This document shows, piece by piece, positions 38,383 to 52,004 of a stretch of DNA of 64,000 nucleotides. Position 1 is the first letter of the stretch. Each line of letters opens with the position of its first letter. The notes under the pieces are model-generated. The model was not told the origin of the DNA and did not search any database. It saw only the letters and a program-made list of their open reading frames with translations. Both the position numbers and the translations under genes were made by a program. The DNA lies in NCBI GenBank assembly GCA_951406725.2, contig OX597817.1, forward strand, positions 112,778,001 through 112,842,000. Direction: 5' to 3'. The DNA comes from Octopus vulgaris (Eukaryota).

Positions 38383-38870
38383 TATACATACCCTACCCTC
38401 ATTGACCCTCAATTTTTGTTGTATGTTCTTGCTCTTAATCTCACCATTGTTCTTTCTATCTCACCATCATATATACTCCACACTTCTTTCTCCTTCCTTT
38501 AATTGATATTTCTATGCTTTTAAATATTGTTTTACTGCTAAAAATTTTACATTTTGCCCTTCCTCTTTTTGAAGATAATATTCAATACTTCAATGCTTCT
38601 AGCTTGATCATATTAATGTATTAAGCGTACATATTGATGATAATTTCTACTTGTTCAATGTGTATTATTGCACCAGTATGCACACCTATTTGTGTAATAC
38701 ACACTCTTACATTAGTTTTGAAACAGCCAAATTTTTGAAACAGCTGTAAAGATCTGTTGAGAACTATGTATTTTTCTTTGCAAAATATATCTATGGTTAC
38801 ATTTATGTAACACTTTTTATGGATGATGTTAATGTTACAATCAGACATATACGTACTTTTTCATATTTTT

Positions 38871-38913
<43 letters not shown>

Positions 38914-40025
38914 AATGTGTGTGTGTGTGTATGTGTGTGTATGAGTGGTGTGTGTGTGTGTTTAGGTTTCATGTATATCTGAAAGGAATTAAAACAGTGA
39001 TCTAGCAAGACCTAGAAAGATTCCAAATAGTCTTCTATAAAAAGTGATTTGACATTTGAAACATTACATTTTTTTTAGCAGTAGTACTTGTGTTATTTAC
39101 TAATATAAATAGTCTATATTTGTAATGTAAATAGTCCTTAGTACTGATGTAAGTGGTCTGTATCATTGATACTAAATAGCCTTTAGTAGCAGGGTAAGTA
39201 GTTCTTATAAGCAGCTACAGGTAAATTTTATAGGGTGACCGGTGTATGGGAATGTATGTTTTATAAGTAAAATATAAACAATTACCATCAGCCGACTGAA
39301 AGGTTTTAAAGAATGATGCAAGCAGGAGTTTTACTTGTTTTGCAAGACATTTATTTGATCTACAATTGTGTTGAAACTGAAATAATTACATTGTGGTAGA
39401 TTCATGTTAGCTGATTAAAACAACGTCCAACCCATGCTAGCATGGAAAGCGGACATTAAACGATGATGATGATGATGATGATGATGTTGTACCATTATGT
39501 TCACTTCTATTTTACTTTGTGATAGTGTTTACTATATAATATATGTTCATACATGAACAGATGCAGGTATGGTTTGTGGTGGTTTTATGTACATTCCTGC
39601 TGTGCAGCAAAAATCCTTTGGTAAGTGTCTTGTACTATAGTCCTTGGCTGACCAATGCTTTGTGAGAGGATTTAACACATGGAAACGGCAGGAATTTCCT
39701 CATATATCTATCTGCCTGTCTGTCTGTCTATATGTGTGTCTTTGTATGTGTGTGTGTCTCTTTCTTTCTCTCTCTCTCTCTCTTTCTTTATATATATGTA
39801 TGTTCATGGCTGTGTGGTAAGAAGCTTGCTTTCCAACCATGTACTCTTGGGTTCAGTTCCACTATGCAGTATCTTAGGTAAGTGTCTTCTGCTATAGAAC
39901 TGAGCTAACCAAAGCCTTGTGAATGGATTTGGTAGATGAAAGTGGAAAGAACTCATCATATATATGTATGTATATATCTAAGTGTGTGTGTGTGTGTGTG
40001 TGTGCGCATGTGTGTGTGTGTGCGT

Positions 40026-40073
<48 letters not shown>

Positions 40074-41449
40074 CTTTGTCTCCTATCATCACTTGTTGGT
40101 TTGTTTACATCCCCATAAATTAGCAGTTTGACAAAAAGAGATTGAATCAAATAAGTACAAAGTTTAAAAGTAAGTAATAGGGCAATTTGTTCGACTAAAC
40201 CTTCAAGGTGATGCCTCAGCATGGCTGCAGTCCAATGAGTGGAACAAGTAAAAGATAAGAGAGATATATATTTATGCATGTGTGTGTGTATGTATTTGTG
40301 TTCATGAATATGTGTGTGTGTTTATGTCTGTATGTAGACGTGCAGATATGAACAGCATATGGGAACTGGTATTAAGGAAGCATAGAAGGATATTAGATTC
40401 AGTGACCTGAATAATAATAACAACAAGAACATCGAAAAATACCTTAGGAATGAGAACCCAGGTTTGAAATTTCCCCAAGATACCTGATGGCTGGCTGGAG
40501 GGTATATCAGCCGAAACATGTCCATCAATTGTAAATAATGTACATAATTCTTCATCTCTTAAATATAGAACTGTATTTATTGATATATATCAGTGTCACT
40601 GTAGTGACCAGACTTTCAGATGTTGTTATACAATGTACTTCCAATTCTTTTTTGATTGCACCATTCTTTTCCATTTTGTCCCAAATCACTTGACTAGATT
40701 GTCTTCCTATCATTGTGGAGGCCTTCCAAGAAGCCTTTGCTGATCTCTTGATACATGTATATATATTTATGCCTCTTCTAGATTACAGTTTGAATTTGGT
40801 CTCCATTTGGATTTGATGTTGAACTCTATTCTGCATGTCGAAATACGTATATAAGAATGAATGAGATTATTTCAGCAGCTTCCCACATCATGTGATATAG
40901 AAAGCGTTTTTAGCTTTCTCACATCAAATGATTTCAATAGCTTCCAGTGTCAGATGATGCAAAACTAATGAACAACATTTTCATCCACAGACAGTTTTCC
41001 CCTGCTATGAATTTCTTTCAATACATCCAAATGAAAGTCCATATATTTATCATCTGAATTTTGCTCATATTTTTATGATGTCTCTGATAAGACTTGGTAA
41101 TTTGATGTGAAACTTAGGTTCAACTAAGAGATAAGTCTAATCCATCTATTTATTTTAGTATATATCTCAGTTACTGATTTGCAAATTTACTACACTTTAT
41201 AAAAAAATTGTTCTCTATACATCTATACCTACACCTATCTTCCTATGTCACAGTACCTATTTCTTTCTATCTTTCTTTCTTTCTCTCTCTCCCCTCTCTC
41301 TCTCTCTCTCACTATATATATGTACATATTTTACATACATATATATATGCATATACATATATATGCACACATATATATATGCACACATATATATATATAT
41401 ACATACAAACATACACACACATGTATGTATATCACACACAAGTCTTGTC

Positions 41450-42295
41450 CAGGCTAATTTGGAGTCCAAATGCCTTGCCAGTTGCAGAAATAGGATCCAT
41501 GAGAATCTGCAGATCTTCAACTGTATGACCAACTGAATCACAGTCATCCGCATATAAAGAAGGTCATGAATAAGAAATTGAAAAACTCTCAAATTGGCAG
41601 TAAATCAATGCAAGTTGAGGAGACAACAAGGAGATTTGTACCTCATATTTATCCCAGAAATGCAATCTACAGCAAAAACATGAGTTGGAGTAGCAGCAGC
41701 AAGAATAAGGAAAAATTAGTTGGGGTTAGGATGTCATCTTGCTTGACACCATTCTCTACAGGAATGGTTCCTGCCATGCCACTACCAATATTGAGGGAAG
41801 TTAAAATCTTGAGCATTGAGGGATGGTGCATGAGCACTGTTTACTTTGGACTAGGCACCTTGTTTGGATGAATGACCTGAGGATTACTAAGTAGATGCTA
41901 TGTGCAGAACTTGCTTGTGGACACTGCCCCCCAGAAGAAATTAAGACTATGATTTAAGAATTGCATAAAGTTGTGATTGAAGACATGTGGAATATGGAAA
42001 GTCAATTGGGAAACCAATCATTGTTATCACCACTAATGGAGGAAAGAAGTAAAAGAAAGACTGGTTGTTTTTTAAAAAAATCATGCATTGTTTTCATGCA
42101 GAATTTAAGCAAGTTACTTGAAAATGCACTGCTAATATTGTGAGTGGGGTAAACTTGATCTGCAATATCTGTGGGTGTCTATATTTATCAAAGGCTGGGC
42201 TTATAAGTCACCAGCAGCTCCACAAGTGTAAACTATAATTTTGTCTGAGTGCACAATGTTCTTAATAGTCAGTGATGAATGGACAGCCATCATAT
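41450..42295 (+). mobile_element. Degenerate RTE (BovB-like) LINE 3' end with one terminal C2H2 finger
   Basis: HCLLWTRHLVWMNDLRITK*MLCAELACGHCP.. then LICNICGCLYLSKAGLISHQQLH and a GATGAATGGACAGCCATCAT tail. Confidence 0.7.
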
Positions 42296-42318
42296 GCATG
42301 TATATGTGTGTGTGAGTA

Positions 42319-42393
<75 letters not shown>

Positions 42394-42415
42394 ATGTGTG
42401 CATGTATGTATTTAC

Positions 42416-43073
42416 TTAACAAATGTATTTTGAAGAGTTCAAAGCCTAGGTCCTAGATTATCCACATCTGGGTTGTACGTTTATCTAATGTTCTTCCTAC
42501 AGGTAAGATGAAATTTTTTATGTTCACCACCTGCACACATCTTTGCCAGTTTATATACAGTGATGCTTTACTATAGAGTCGTATATTATCAACTGTTATT
42601 TCCAGTTAATATTGGTGCATTGCTGTACCACTCTATATTTATACTTTAACCTTATGGTGATTTATTTTACTGGAAAGCAATACTATTGCATTGCACCATT
42701 TAATAAATTTTCTTTGTAAACTTTTTCACTGTTCTTGCTTCTGTTAACAATTAGATGTTCAGGCGAGTATACTGGCACTGATGTAGCAACATTTGAAATT
42801 TTGTCTCAATGAATCTAGCTGAAGAGAACTAATCAAATTTATGTTAACAAATGTATTTTGAAGAGTTTGAAACCTAGGTTCTAGATTATCCACATCTGGG
42901 TTGTACATTTATCTAATGTTCTTTCTACAGATAAGATAAAAAAATTTATGTTCACCGCCTGCACACATCTTTGCCAGTTTATATACAGTGAGGCTTTACT
43001 ATAGAGTCGTATATCATCAACTGCTATTTCCAGCAAATATTGATGCATTGTTGTACCACCACTCTATATTTAT
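42416..43073 (+). repeat. Partial tandem repeat, period 428 bp (retrozyme- or PLE pseudo-LTR-like)
   Basis: 42416-42645 is repeated at 42844-43073; bounded by (TG)n and (TC)/(TA)n. Confidence 0.9.
42812..42887 (+). ncRNA. Near-canonical type I hammerhead ribozyme
   Basis: AATCTAG-CTGAAGA-GAACT...AGTTT-GAAAC-CTAG-GTT-CTAGATT; perfect 7-bp stem I and palindromic stem III ACCTAGGT. Confidence 0.8.
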
Positions 43074-43093
43074 ATATTTATCTCTCTCTCTCA

Positions 43094-43152
<59 letters not shown>

Positions 43153-43368
43153 CATACATTGCCCAAAGATATGAATGCATGAACGTGATCTACATGATGT
43201 CCATGGATACTACAGACTGTACTGTAATCATCACAGGAATATGGACTATGATCTTAAGAAATATGTGAATTGAGGAAACATGCATAGTGATGCATTAAAA
43301 TATTTATAAATTCCATCCAAGGATTATTACTATCGTTACCATATATACATACATGCATAAATATGTTA

Positions 43369-43411
<43 letters not shown>

Positions 43412-45899
43412 TCAAATATGATAATGAGTACTCAATGGCTTTTTACATTTTTGATAGACAATCTGAGTATCTGAATCTGAACAATTTCTGTCCAAGAGGA
43501 AAGCAGAGTCAATACAGCTTCACATTTATATTATCGAAGGCATTTTCTTTAGAATACAGAGAGCCAAGAAAGATGCCACAAGGCTCTAACAATTTCATTA
43601 ATCCAATTTTTTTTAATCAACCCCAGAAGGATGGAAAGTAATGTTGACCTTATCAGGACTTGAGCATAAAGCACTAGAAGTCTGGACAAATACCACCAGA
43701 TATGCTAAGCTGATGTTTTACTGATTCTGTCAACTCACTATCTTACTGTATACTAATATTTCATTAACCAACATACAATACGAACATTTGTTTTGGTTAA
43801 TTGGTACTTTTTAAATTGTAGGCTCATCAAATACCTTTTTTTTTTAAAAAAATGGCCTTGTGAAAAGAAAATATTTATTTTACATGGTTATTAAAAGAAG
43901 GAAATCAACTTTTAATAACATGATGATTTATTAAGTGAATCAACATATTAGATATCCTTTCACCAAATGATTTTGGACCAATAAAATTCTTGCTATTTGA
44001 TTCCCTCAACACATTGCTATTTAGTTATATTCCTTTGGGGGGTTTTATCTGATATTTCATTTTTCAACTGTCCGCAGCTAACATGACATTTCAAGTCTTG
44101 TATTGTGTTTGTTCCATTTCCATCAATGCAGACAAGAATACAATTCGCAACGAAACAAAGCAAAAAAAAAAAAAAATGAAAGAAAGAAATTAAAAAAGAA
44201 CCATCAGCAATGAATGGGCCCAAATATTTCTTCTTACAGCAGAATATTATCATGCATAATAAAAAGTACCAACAACTACAAGAACAAACATTGTTGTAGA
44301 TAAATCTTCCAATAAAAATTAAATTTGTGCAAACAATATTCATAATGTATGAGAATGAATCCCAAGAGAACAATCATTTTTGGTAAATTGTCTTCCATAA
44401 TGTAATTTATAAAACAGATGACAGATATTCAAACAAAATTGTTGCATTTCTCCATTTTTCAGCAATACCGTTGAATAGATGATAAGTGGAGAAGTAGTGG
44501 GGAATGTGGGGTTGTCAGCATTTTATTGTTGACAATTCCTGCTCTACATTGGAACTTTGATTACCACCACATGAATGGCAGATAATTTCAGTAAACACCC
44601 ATGAGACTGAAAGGGTGTTATAGTTGGAACATGCAACAACAGTTTTACTAAGTCCACTTTTGGAGTAGCAGCTTGGGACTTAAAAGAAATTTATTGGGAT
44701 TGATTTTTTACTGAATAAAATAAAAAAATATCTGCCTGGATAAATATTTGTTTAATAATATATAATCCTAAGGTGGTTGAAAATGATCAATATAACAGAA
44801 ATGCCAAATTTGATAGTTTTCTTCCTGTTTTGTTTTTCTTCTTTTTTTTTTTTTGTCCTTTTACTGTAGTATGCTATTTCATTGTTGTGAGATCAGGTGA
44901 CTCCAGATCAATTAAAAGTAAAGTACAAGTAACATACTGGAACCAAAACAATCAACAATAATCTTCCTTTCCATGTAAATAGATATAACAAAATCACTTG
45001 GCTTCTGCCAAGTCAAAAGCAATAAATATTATGTAATTCTCTTCCTAATAATCATCATCATTGTTGTGAAAAAACATACAAACTACAGCATCAAACTATA
45101 GTAAAAACATACAAACTATAGCCAGAAGAGAGATGTTGCTTATTATGTTACTACCTTCACCCATAGTGCAAATAAGGGAGGTACGAAGCAAAAATGGAAT
45201 TTCTAATAGTCTGACAGGAAATGCTTTAAGTGCATTTAAGCAGCTTACAGCTTCATCAACCATAATAAATATGGTATTGTGAATAAAAATGCCAGTTGTT
45301 TCTGTTGTGTATGCTCCAATAGAAGTTCAATGTAGAAGTTGCAGAATGGTTTCAACTAGAATTGACTTAGGTTTGAAATGGCTGGGGAGAACTTGACCAT
45401 GAGGACTGTGGCTCAAATAAAATTGACAGAGATTTGAATCTTCTGGGGAGAACAGAGACACAAAGACTGTGGTTCAGAACTTGGACATGAGGACTCATGC
45501 TCAGTTAAGTTTGACAGAATGATTTGGATAAAAGACCCATAATGAAAATAATGCACCACTGGAATCTAAGTTGGTGTAATTTAAAAATATTTTCTATATG
45601 TTGTTGATGCCATAAGGATTTATAAACTTCAATAGAATATGAAACAATAGAATACGATCCACTGTTGCAAAAGGACAGTGGATCTTGACATACATAAGGC
45701 TATAAATAATAACCTGTAAATACTGGATAAAAAAACTCTTTTGAATAGAAAACAAATCAAGGGTTGTTCATGGGACACAAACTCACATCTCCTGTAAACA
45801 TGACAGGTGTTCTAACATTGGACCAAAGCAATCCTTCGAATTTCCCTACCCATTTTAAAAACTTTAGTCCTACCAACAAGAATTGTAATTGTGAACATC

Positions 45900-47515
45900 A
45901 TAAGAATTTATAAAATTCATGAGAACATGAAATAACACATTTTTTGGAAGAGTGAATCTCAAAGCACCTGACTTGTTTATGGAAGATATGGGTTTGCCTC
46001 CTATCATCAACAAGAAGTCCATTTTTAGAAGACTACAGTCTGAAGCATCCCTTTCATACAAAACAAGCAAAAGAATATGCAAATTTTTCAGTTGATGCAG
46101 GAGAGTGAAAAGATGATGAATTTCATAACATAAAAATGTTATGAAAAATTTTTATTACCATGACCAAATTACTAAAATTAGCTACATTATTGCTGATAAA
46201 ACATGTAAGTATGATAAACCTTTTTCAGGAGGAAAGTTTATCAAAGATTGGGTGATTGAGTCTGTTGCCATTGCAAACCCAGAAAAAATTGATGGGTATA
46301 AAAACTTAAACCTATCTTGCTGTCATATTGTCAGACAGATTTTTCAGGAAATATTCAGTCACATTTAAAAAATAAGGTTCAGAATTTTGCATTCTTGTCG
46401 ATGGTGTTTAATGAGAGTTGTGATGTCAAAGATATGGCAGAATTACTTATTTTCATCTGTGGCATAATGAATTCTTTTGAATTAGCATATTGAACAATGT
46501 GTAAACAAGTTGAGTTTAAAATGGAGGAAAAAACTGATAAATGCAACAACAGATGGATCTTTAAGTCTTACAAGTAAAATAATGGGCTACTGAAAAGTAT
46601 CCAGGATTAGGTGAATGAAATAAAATACTGAACAGAAGATAATTTTGTTGCACTGTAAAATGCATCAAGAATTTCTTTATAGAAAAGTTTTAAAGCTTAA
46701 TCATGTCGTAAACTCACAGATATTGTGAATCGTATTAGAAAATTTTGCTTATATCACAGGCAGTTTGTGAAATGTCCGGTGGAACAGCAGGCAGAACTCT
46801 CTGATGCTCTATACCCTACAAATATATACTGATTAAGTTTAGGGCAAGTTTTTAACAGAATTTGGAATCTGAGGAATGAAACTGAACTATTTAGAAACTT
46901 CCTGAAACTGTATGACAAATGCAGGATATTAGATTTTGTTGTAGATTTACTTAAGCATTTGAATGAATTTAATACAAACTTACAAAGGAAAGGAAACTTC
47001 GCATGTTTAACTGTATTTTCCTGATAAATGGACAAGAAGCAACTTATGCATTTTAAAACTTTACAGCAAGTTAGCTTGTGACAGAAAGATAAACAATTAT
47101 AATTCCCAGTTGATAGATCTTCATGCCAAATTTTACCATAGATTCAATGATCTCAAAATGATAGAAAGTGAACTATCTTTAGTATCATCTCCATTTGCAT
47201 GTCGTTGTTGATGAAGCTCCAGATAACCTTCTGTGACCTCATTGATCTTCAAAGCAATAAGTGGCTTTTCAATCTATTTAAGTCAGTTCCAGTCAGGAAA
47301 AATTTCCAAACCTAAACAAGTTTGCTAAAAAATATTTTGTTTTCTTTGATTTAACTTACATTGGTGAGCAAACATTTTCAATGATGACAAAGAGGTCAAA
47401 GGTAAGAAGTGTGATAACAAATGAATTTGTTGTACTGACCACAGCTCTTATCTTACCCCTGATCTTGATTATCTTGTAAGCTTACTTTTGTAGGCAGACA
47501 TATTCATCCCACTAA
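45900..47515 (+). mobile_element. hAT (Charlie/GTF2IRD2-like) transposase pseudogene
   Basis: KPFSGGKFIKD, FNESCDVKDMAELLIFI, ATTDGS, LHCKMHQE, HLNEFNTNLQ, LTYIGEQTFSMM. Confidence 0.85.
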
Positions 47516-47920
47516 AAACCCAAATTTAGTCACATCATGAGCATACTCGTATATATCTCATTTTTTACTAAATATATAATTTTATGAGTATTTTAATCCT
47601 TACATACTAGAATGAAGTATCATGGGTTTCAAATTTTGGCACAAGGCCACCAATTTCAGGGAAGGAGCTAAGTCAATTACATTGATCCCAGTACTCAACT
47701 GGTACTTATTTTATCGACTCCAAAGGGATGAAAGGCAAAGTTGACCCAGACAGAATTTGAACTCAGAACACAAAGACAGACAAGATGCAGCTAAGCATTT
47801 TGCCCCACATGCTAACAATTCTGCCAGCTCACTGCCCTGGAATGGAATAATAATATTAACCTTTAACCCATTATCATTTAAACTGGCCATATCTACTTGT
47901 TTTATATTCAAACCAATGAG

Positions 47921-48056
47921 ATCTCCCCTCCATACACATGCAAGCATGTATCTGACTCATACACTGTTCACTTCCCAGACATTTGTACATTACTGCATAT
48001 GCTTTATATGCACTTTTGACAAGTTGTGTTGCACCTGAGCACTGTATACAATAATT

Positions 48057-48112
<56 letters not shown>
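47921..48112 (+). mobile_element. CR1 3'UTR fragment with (ATT)n tail, inserted in a TTAA MITE
   Basis: Reverse complement of 1380-1525. Confidence 0.85.
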
Positions 48113-48697
48113 GAGTGAGAGAGCAGTTCATGCCATCAAAGTGACACTGGGGTAAATATATGAAGCCCAATATACCCATCATGACTACCCGTCTGATAAA
48201 GGTACACCAGGCACATGCATCACAACCATATGTACGCGACATGGTGATCTCATATCAAGATAAGCAGCACATGACCTTGCAGGTGGGGCCCAGTTAGAAT
48301 TTTCTTCAGGTTGAGTAGCCCATCCTGCTCAAACGGTCCCTGAATAAGGGTTGTTTAAGGATGTTGAAAGAACCACCCATGTTTCCAGAGGTGAACTATT
48401 CAAACCCCAAAGAATCCCTCTCAACACATGGCTATGATGCTCCCCCACTACTTCTGCTCGTGATCAGAGATGCACATATCGTCAGCCACTAAGGGACATG
48501 CTCAACTGGTTAAGGTCAAACAACTGACAAGCAAATCTGTGGTATTGAGCAGAATATTTGCTGTAGCCCATCTTTTATACCAAGACAAAACAATGTACAT
48601 GATAACACTTCCAATCAGTTAAGATCAGAAGCCATGAGAGCCACTGCCTGGTACTGCATCAGGGCATTAGCCACTGCCTGGTACTGCATCAGGGCAT
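48112..48697 (-). mobile_element. Family C element, full length, with a 30-bp tandem duplication at one end
   Basis: (ATT)n on both sides; CCACTGCCTGGTACTGCATCAGGGCATT occurs twice at 48641-48698. Confidence 0.85.
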
Positions 48698-49345
48698 TTT
48701 ATTATTATTATTATTACTATTATTATTATTATTATCCAACAATGTCATTCTAAACAATATATCATATCATCAAAATCCCAAAGCTACAAGATAACGCATA
48801 ATTGATTCAAAATAGTGTGAATAAATAAACATTACATTTGACAGGGTAATCTGAATGCTAAAAGGTTAAAAGGACAATTACAAATATTAGTACAATCACT
48901 CAAACGTAGCTTCTGCATTGTTGGTGTGTCTTTTTGGAAAATTATTTTCTAAATTTTATGCACTTGCATTCCCTTTAACACTAACATGCATGTAAAATTT
49001 GAAATTGGTCAAGTACATTTAGTGCTTGACCCAACAAAATGTTGGATCAAAAAAGCATGCCTTGACCCAACATAACCTCGCCATGCATTAAAAAATTAAT
49101 TTTTTTCAATTTTTTAATTTCCATAAACTTTCTTGGTTAAAATTGCATACGTTTTGTTAGAATATTCATTGTATCATAAGCTTTCTTTTCATATAAGTTT
49201 TATTGCATAATAATTAATAATTATAATAATAATACAATCTTTTGAACATAATTTTCTCAAGAACATCTTCATCTTCACATTTCAGTCATCTTTCAGTTTT
49301 TTATAAAATAATTTATGAGTTGAAATTTGGTAAAAGAGCTAATAT

Positions 49346-49760
49346 TCTTTTACTCTTTTACTTGTTTCAGTCATTTGACTGTGGCCATGCTAGAGCACCG
49401 CTTGTAGTCAAGCAAATCAACTCCAGGACTTATTCTTTGTAAGCCTAGTTCTTATTCTATCAGTCTCTTTGCTGAACCGCTAAGTTACGGGGACATAAAC
49501 ACACCAGCATTGGTTGTCAAACGATGTTGGGGCAGGGGGGCAAACAGAGACACACAAACATATATACACACATACATATATATGTATAAATATATACGAC
49601 AGGTTTCTTTAAGTTTCTGTCTGCCAAATCCATTCACAAGGCTTTGGTCGGCCCGAGGCTAAAGTAGAAGACACTTGCCCAAAGTGCCACACGGTGGGAC
49701 TGAACCTGGAACCATGTGGTTGGTAAGCAAGCTACTTACTACACAGCCACTCCTGCACCT
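49346..49760 (-). mobile_element. SINE family A, full length
   Basis: Reverse complement of 29228-29648. Confidence 0.85.
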
Positions 49761-50636
49761 GTTATCAAGAATATTCTATAAAATTTGGCTATACAATATC
49801 AGAGCAGTCGGCACGATTTTCTAAATGTTCAAATATGGTCAGTGGATGAAAATCATTGTCCATCTCTGGTGTAGGATCATGTGAAAAGCACTTTATCTCA
49901 ATGGCAAATCAAGTATATACTATCCTGTATTTAGCCAGCATCTTCTACTATCCCTACACCACTGAATGAATTGGTAGATGGAAACTGAAAGAAGCCCATC
50001 ACATATACATATATACATGAATGTATGTATATATGTGTGTGTGTATATATATATATATACATCTGTTTGTTGTTTACACATCCATCTTTGTCTTTTGATT
50101 TTTGTAAATTTTCACTATATATATATATATTGTTCCAGGGAGTGACAGGTTCAAAAACGAAGCCATTTCTTGTCACTTAGAGTAAAGTACTCAAATATAA
50201 GTCTGAGTAAATAAAATAGAATAAAATAAAATATTTAATCATAATCATTAGCCTGACAAACTATATTGGACTATGGATTAAATATTTTGCATACATATAC
50301 ATATCTACCAAATCCACTTACAAGGCTTTCATCGGCCTTTTCATCGGTAGAAGACACTTGCCCAAGGTGCCTCGCAGTGGGACTGAACCCAGAACCATGT
50401 GGTTCGTAAGCAAGCTACTTACCACACAGCCACTCTTACTCCTATATATAAAAAATACAAAATTGGACAAGAACGCAAAACATCCAGACAGTTAGGTGAT
50501 ACAAAAAAGGGACAACAAAACATCCAGATAGACGTGATACAAAGAAAACAAGGACAGGTCATTCAGAGTTTTCTTTCCTTAGTCGTGTTCCAGATTATCT
50601 TTGCAATTTCGGCTGATTATACTCAAGATTGCTCCA

Positions 50637-50724
<88 letters not shown>

Positions 50725-51063
50725 ATATATAATATTTCACTCAGGCATAGAGATACTAATAACTTAGTATTAGAACTCAATATGTATATACTTTGGAAAA
50801 AAGCATTAGTCGAGTATAGAGCATAATATGAAATTTAATAAATGACAAAGAACAAATAATTATGTAATGAACTTCATTAACTTACACCTGTTTCTATTAT
50901 GAGGTGATACATAAGTTCTCATCTACAAGTGTACTGTAATCTAAGAGCAGAAACAGCTGTTAGATAATAATCTTCTTCCTTGTCATATATTTAATTTCTT
51001 TCATTTATTTAATTTCTCATACACACACACATATACACACACACATACACATGAACATACACA

Positions 51064-51114
<51 letters not shown>

Positions 51115-51310
51115 ACACACATACACAGTCCAAATTTACAGAAAACAAAAGATGAAGACAACCAAGGGAACAAGCAGGTGTATTAGTTTGATGTTCAGGA
51201 AGAATGGAAAAGTCTTGTCATTTTAAGCCTATGCTCTTCGATGGAAAGGAACGAGAAAGTAAAAACGGAGAAAGAGGGAGAAAAATGGAGAGATAAAAAA
51301 TGTGAAGGGA

Positions 51311-51978
51311 TATAGCAGTGAAATACGGGCTATGACTACAGAGGACTTGTGAAGGCTTGAAAGAAATGAAGCCGGTATGTAGCATTGGATGGGTAATATC
51401 AGTGTGCACATACAACAAAATGTAAACGATTTAAGAGAAAAACTGGATGTAACAGGCATCAGATTTTGTGTGCAAGAGAGAAGACTACACTGGTATGGTT
51501 ATGTGATGTGTATGGATGAGGACAGCTGCTTATAGAAGTGCCAGTCTTTAATTGTGGAGGGAACATGTGGAAGAGGTAGATCCAGGAAGACATGGAACAA
51601 GGTGGTGAGAAAGGATCTTCAGATACTGTGCCTCATTGAGGAGATGACAAAGGACTTCTGGCGATTTCCTGTACTTGAGAAAACATGTCAGGCTAAGTAA
51701 CATCACAGCCATCCATACACACTGGCATATCCTTTGCAGGTTCTGCTGCCATGTAAAATGCACTCATGCCAGTGCTATATAAATGTACAAATGCTGGTGG
51801 CACATAGAAAGCACCCAGCACACTCTGTAAAGTGGTTGGTGTCAGGAAAGACATCCAGCTGTAGAAACCATGCCAAAACAGACAACTGAAGACCAGATAG
51901 CTCTCCAGCTGGCCAGCATCTATTAAATAGTTCAAACCTTGCCAGCATGGAAAACGGTTGTTAAACAATGATGGTGAT
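51311..51978 (+). mobile_element. RTE LINE 3' end (ORF C-terminus continuous with the family B 3'UTR)
   Basis: RLERNEAGM..LREKLDV..ERRLHWYGYVMCMDED..VEGTCGRGRSRKTW..DL, then family B sequence and a GATG tail. Confidence 0.85.
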
Positions 51979-52004
51979 ATATACATATAATATATATATA
52001 TATA

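Noticed and set aside
40640-41150. Complex sequence that might be a decayed coding region on the minus strand
   Set aside because: Multiple stops and no identifiable motif
45360-45530. Short interspaced repeats (CATGAGGACT.., GACTGTGG) resembling an array
   Set aside because: Only 2-3 degenerate, irregular copies in eukaryotic DNA; not CRISPR-like
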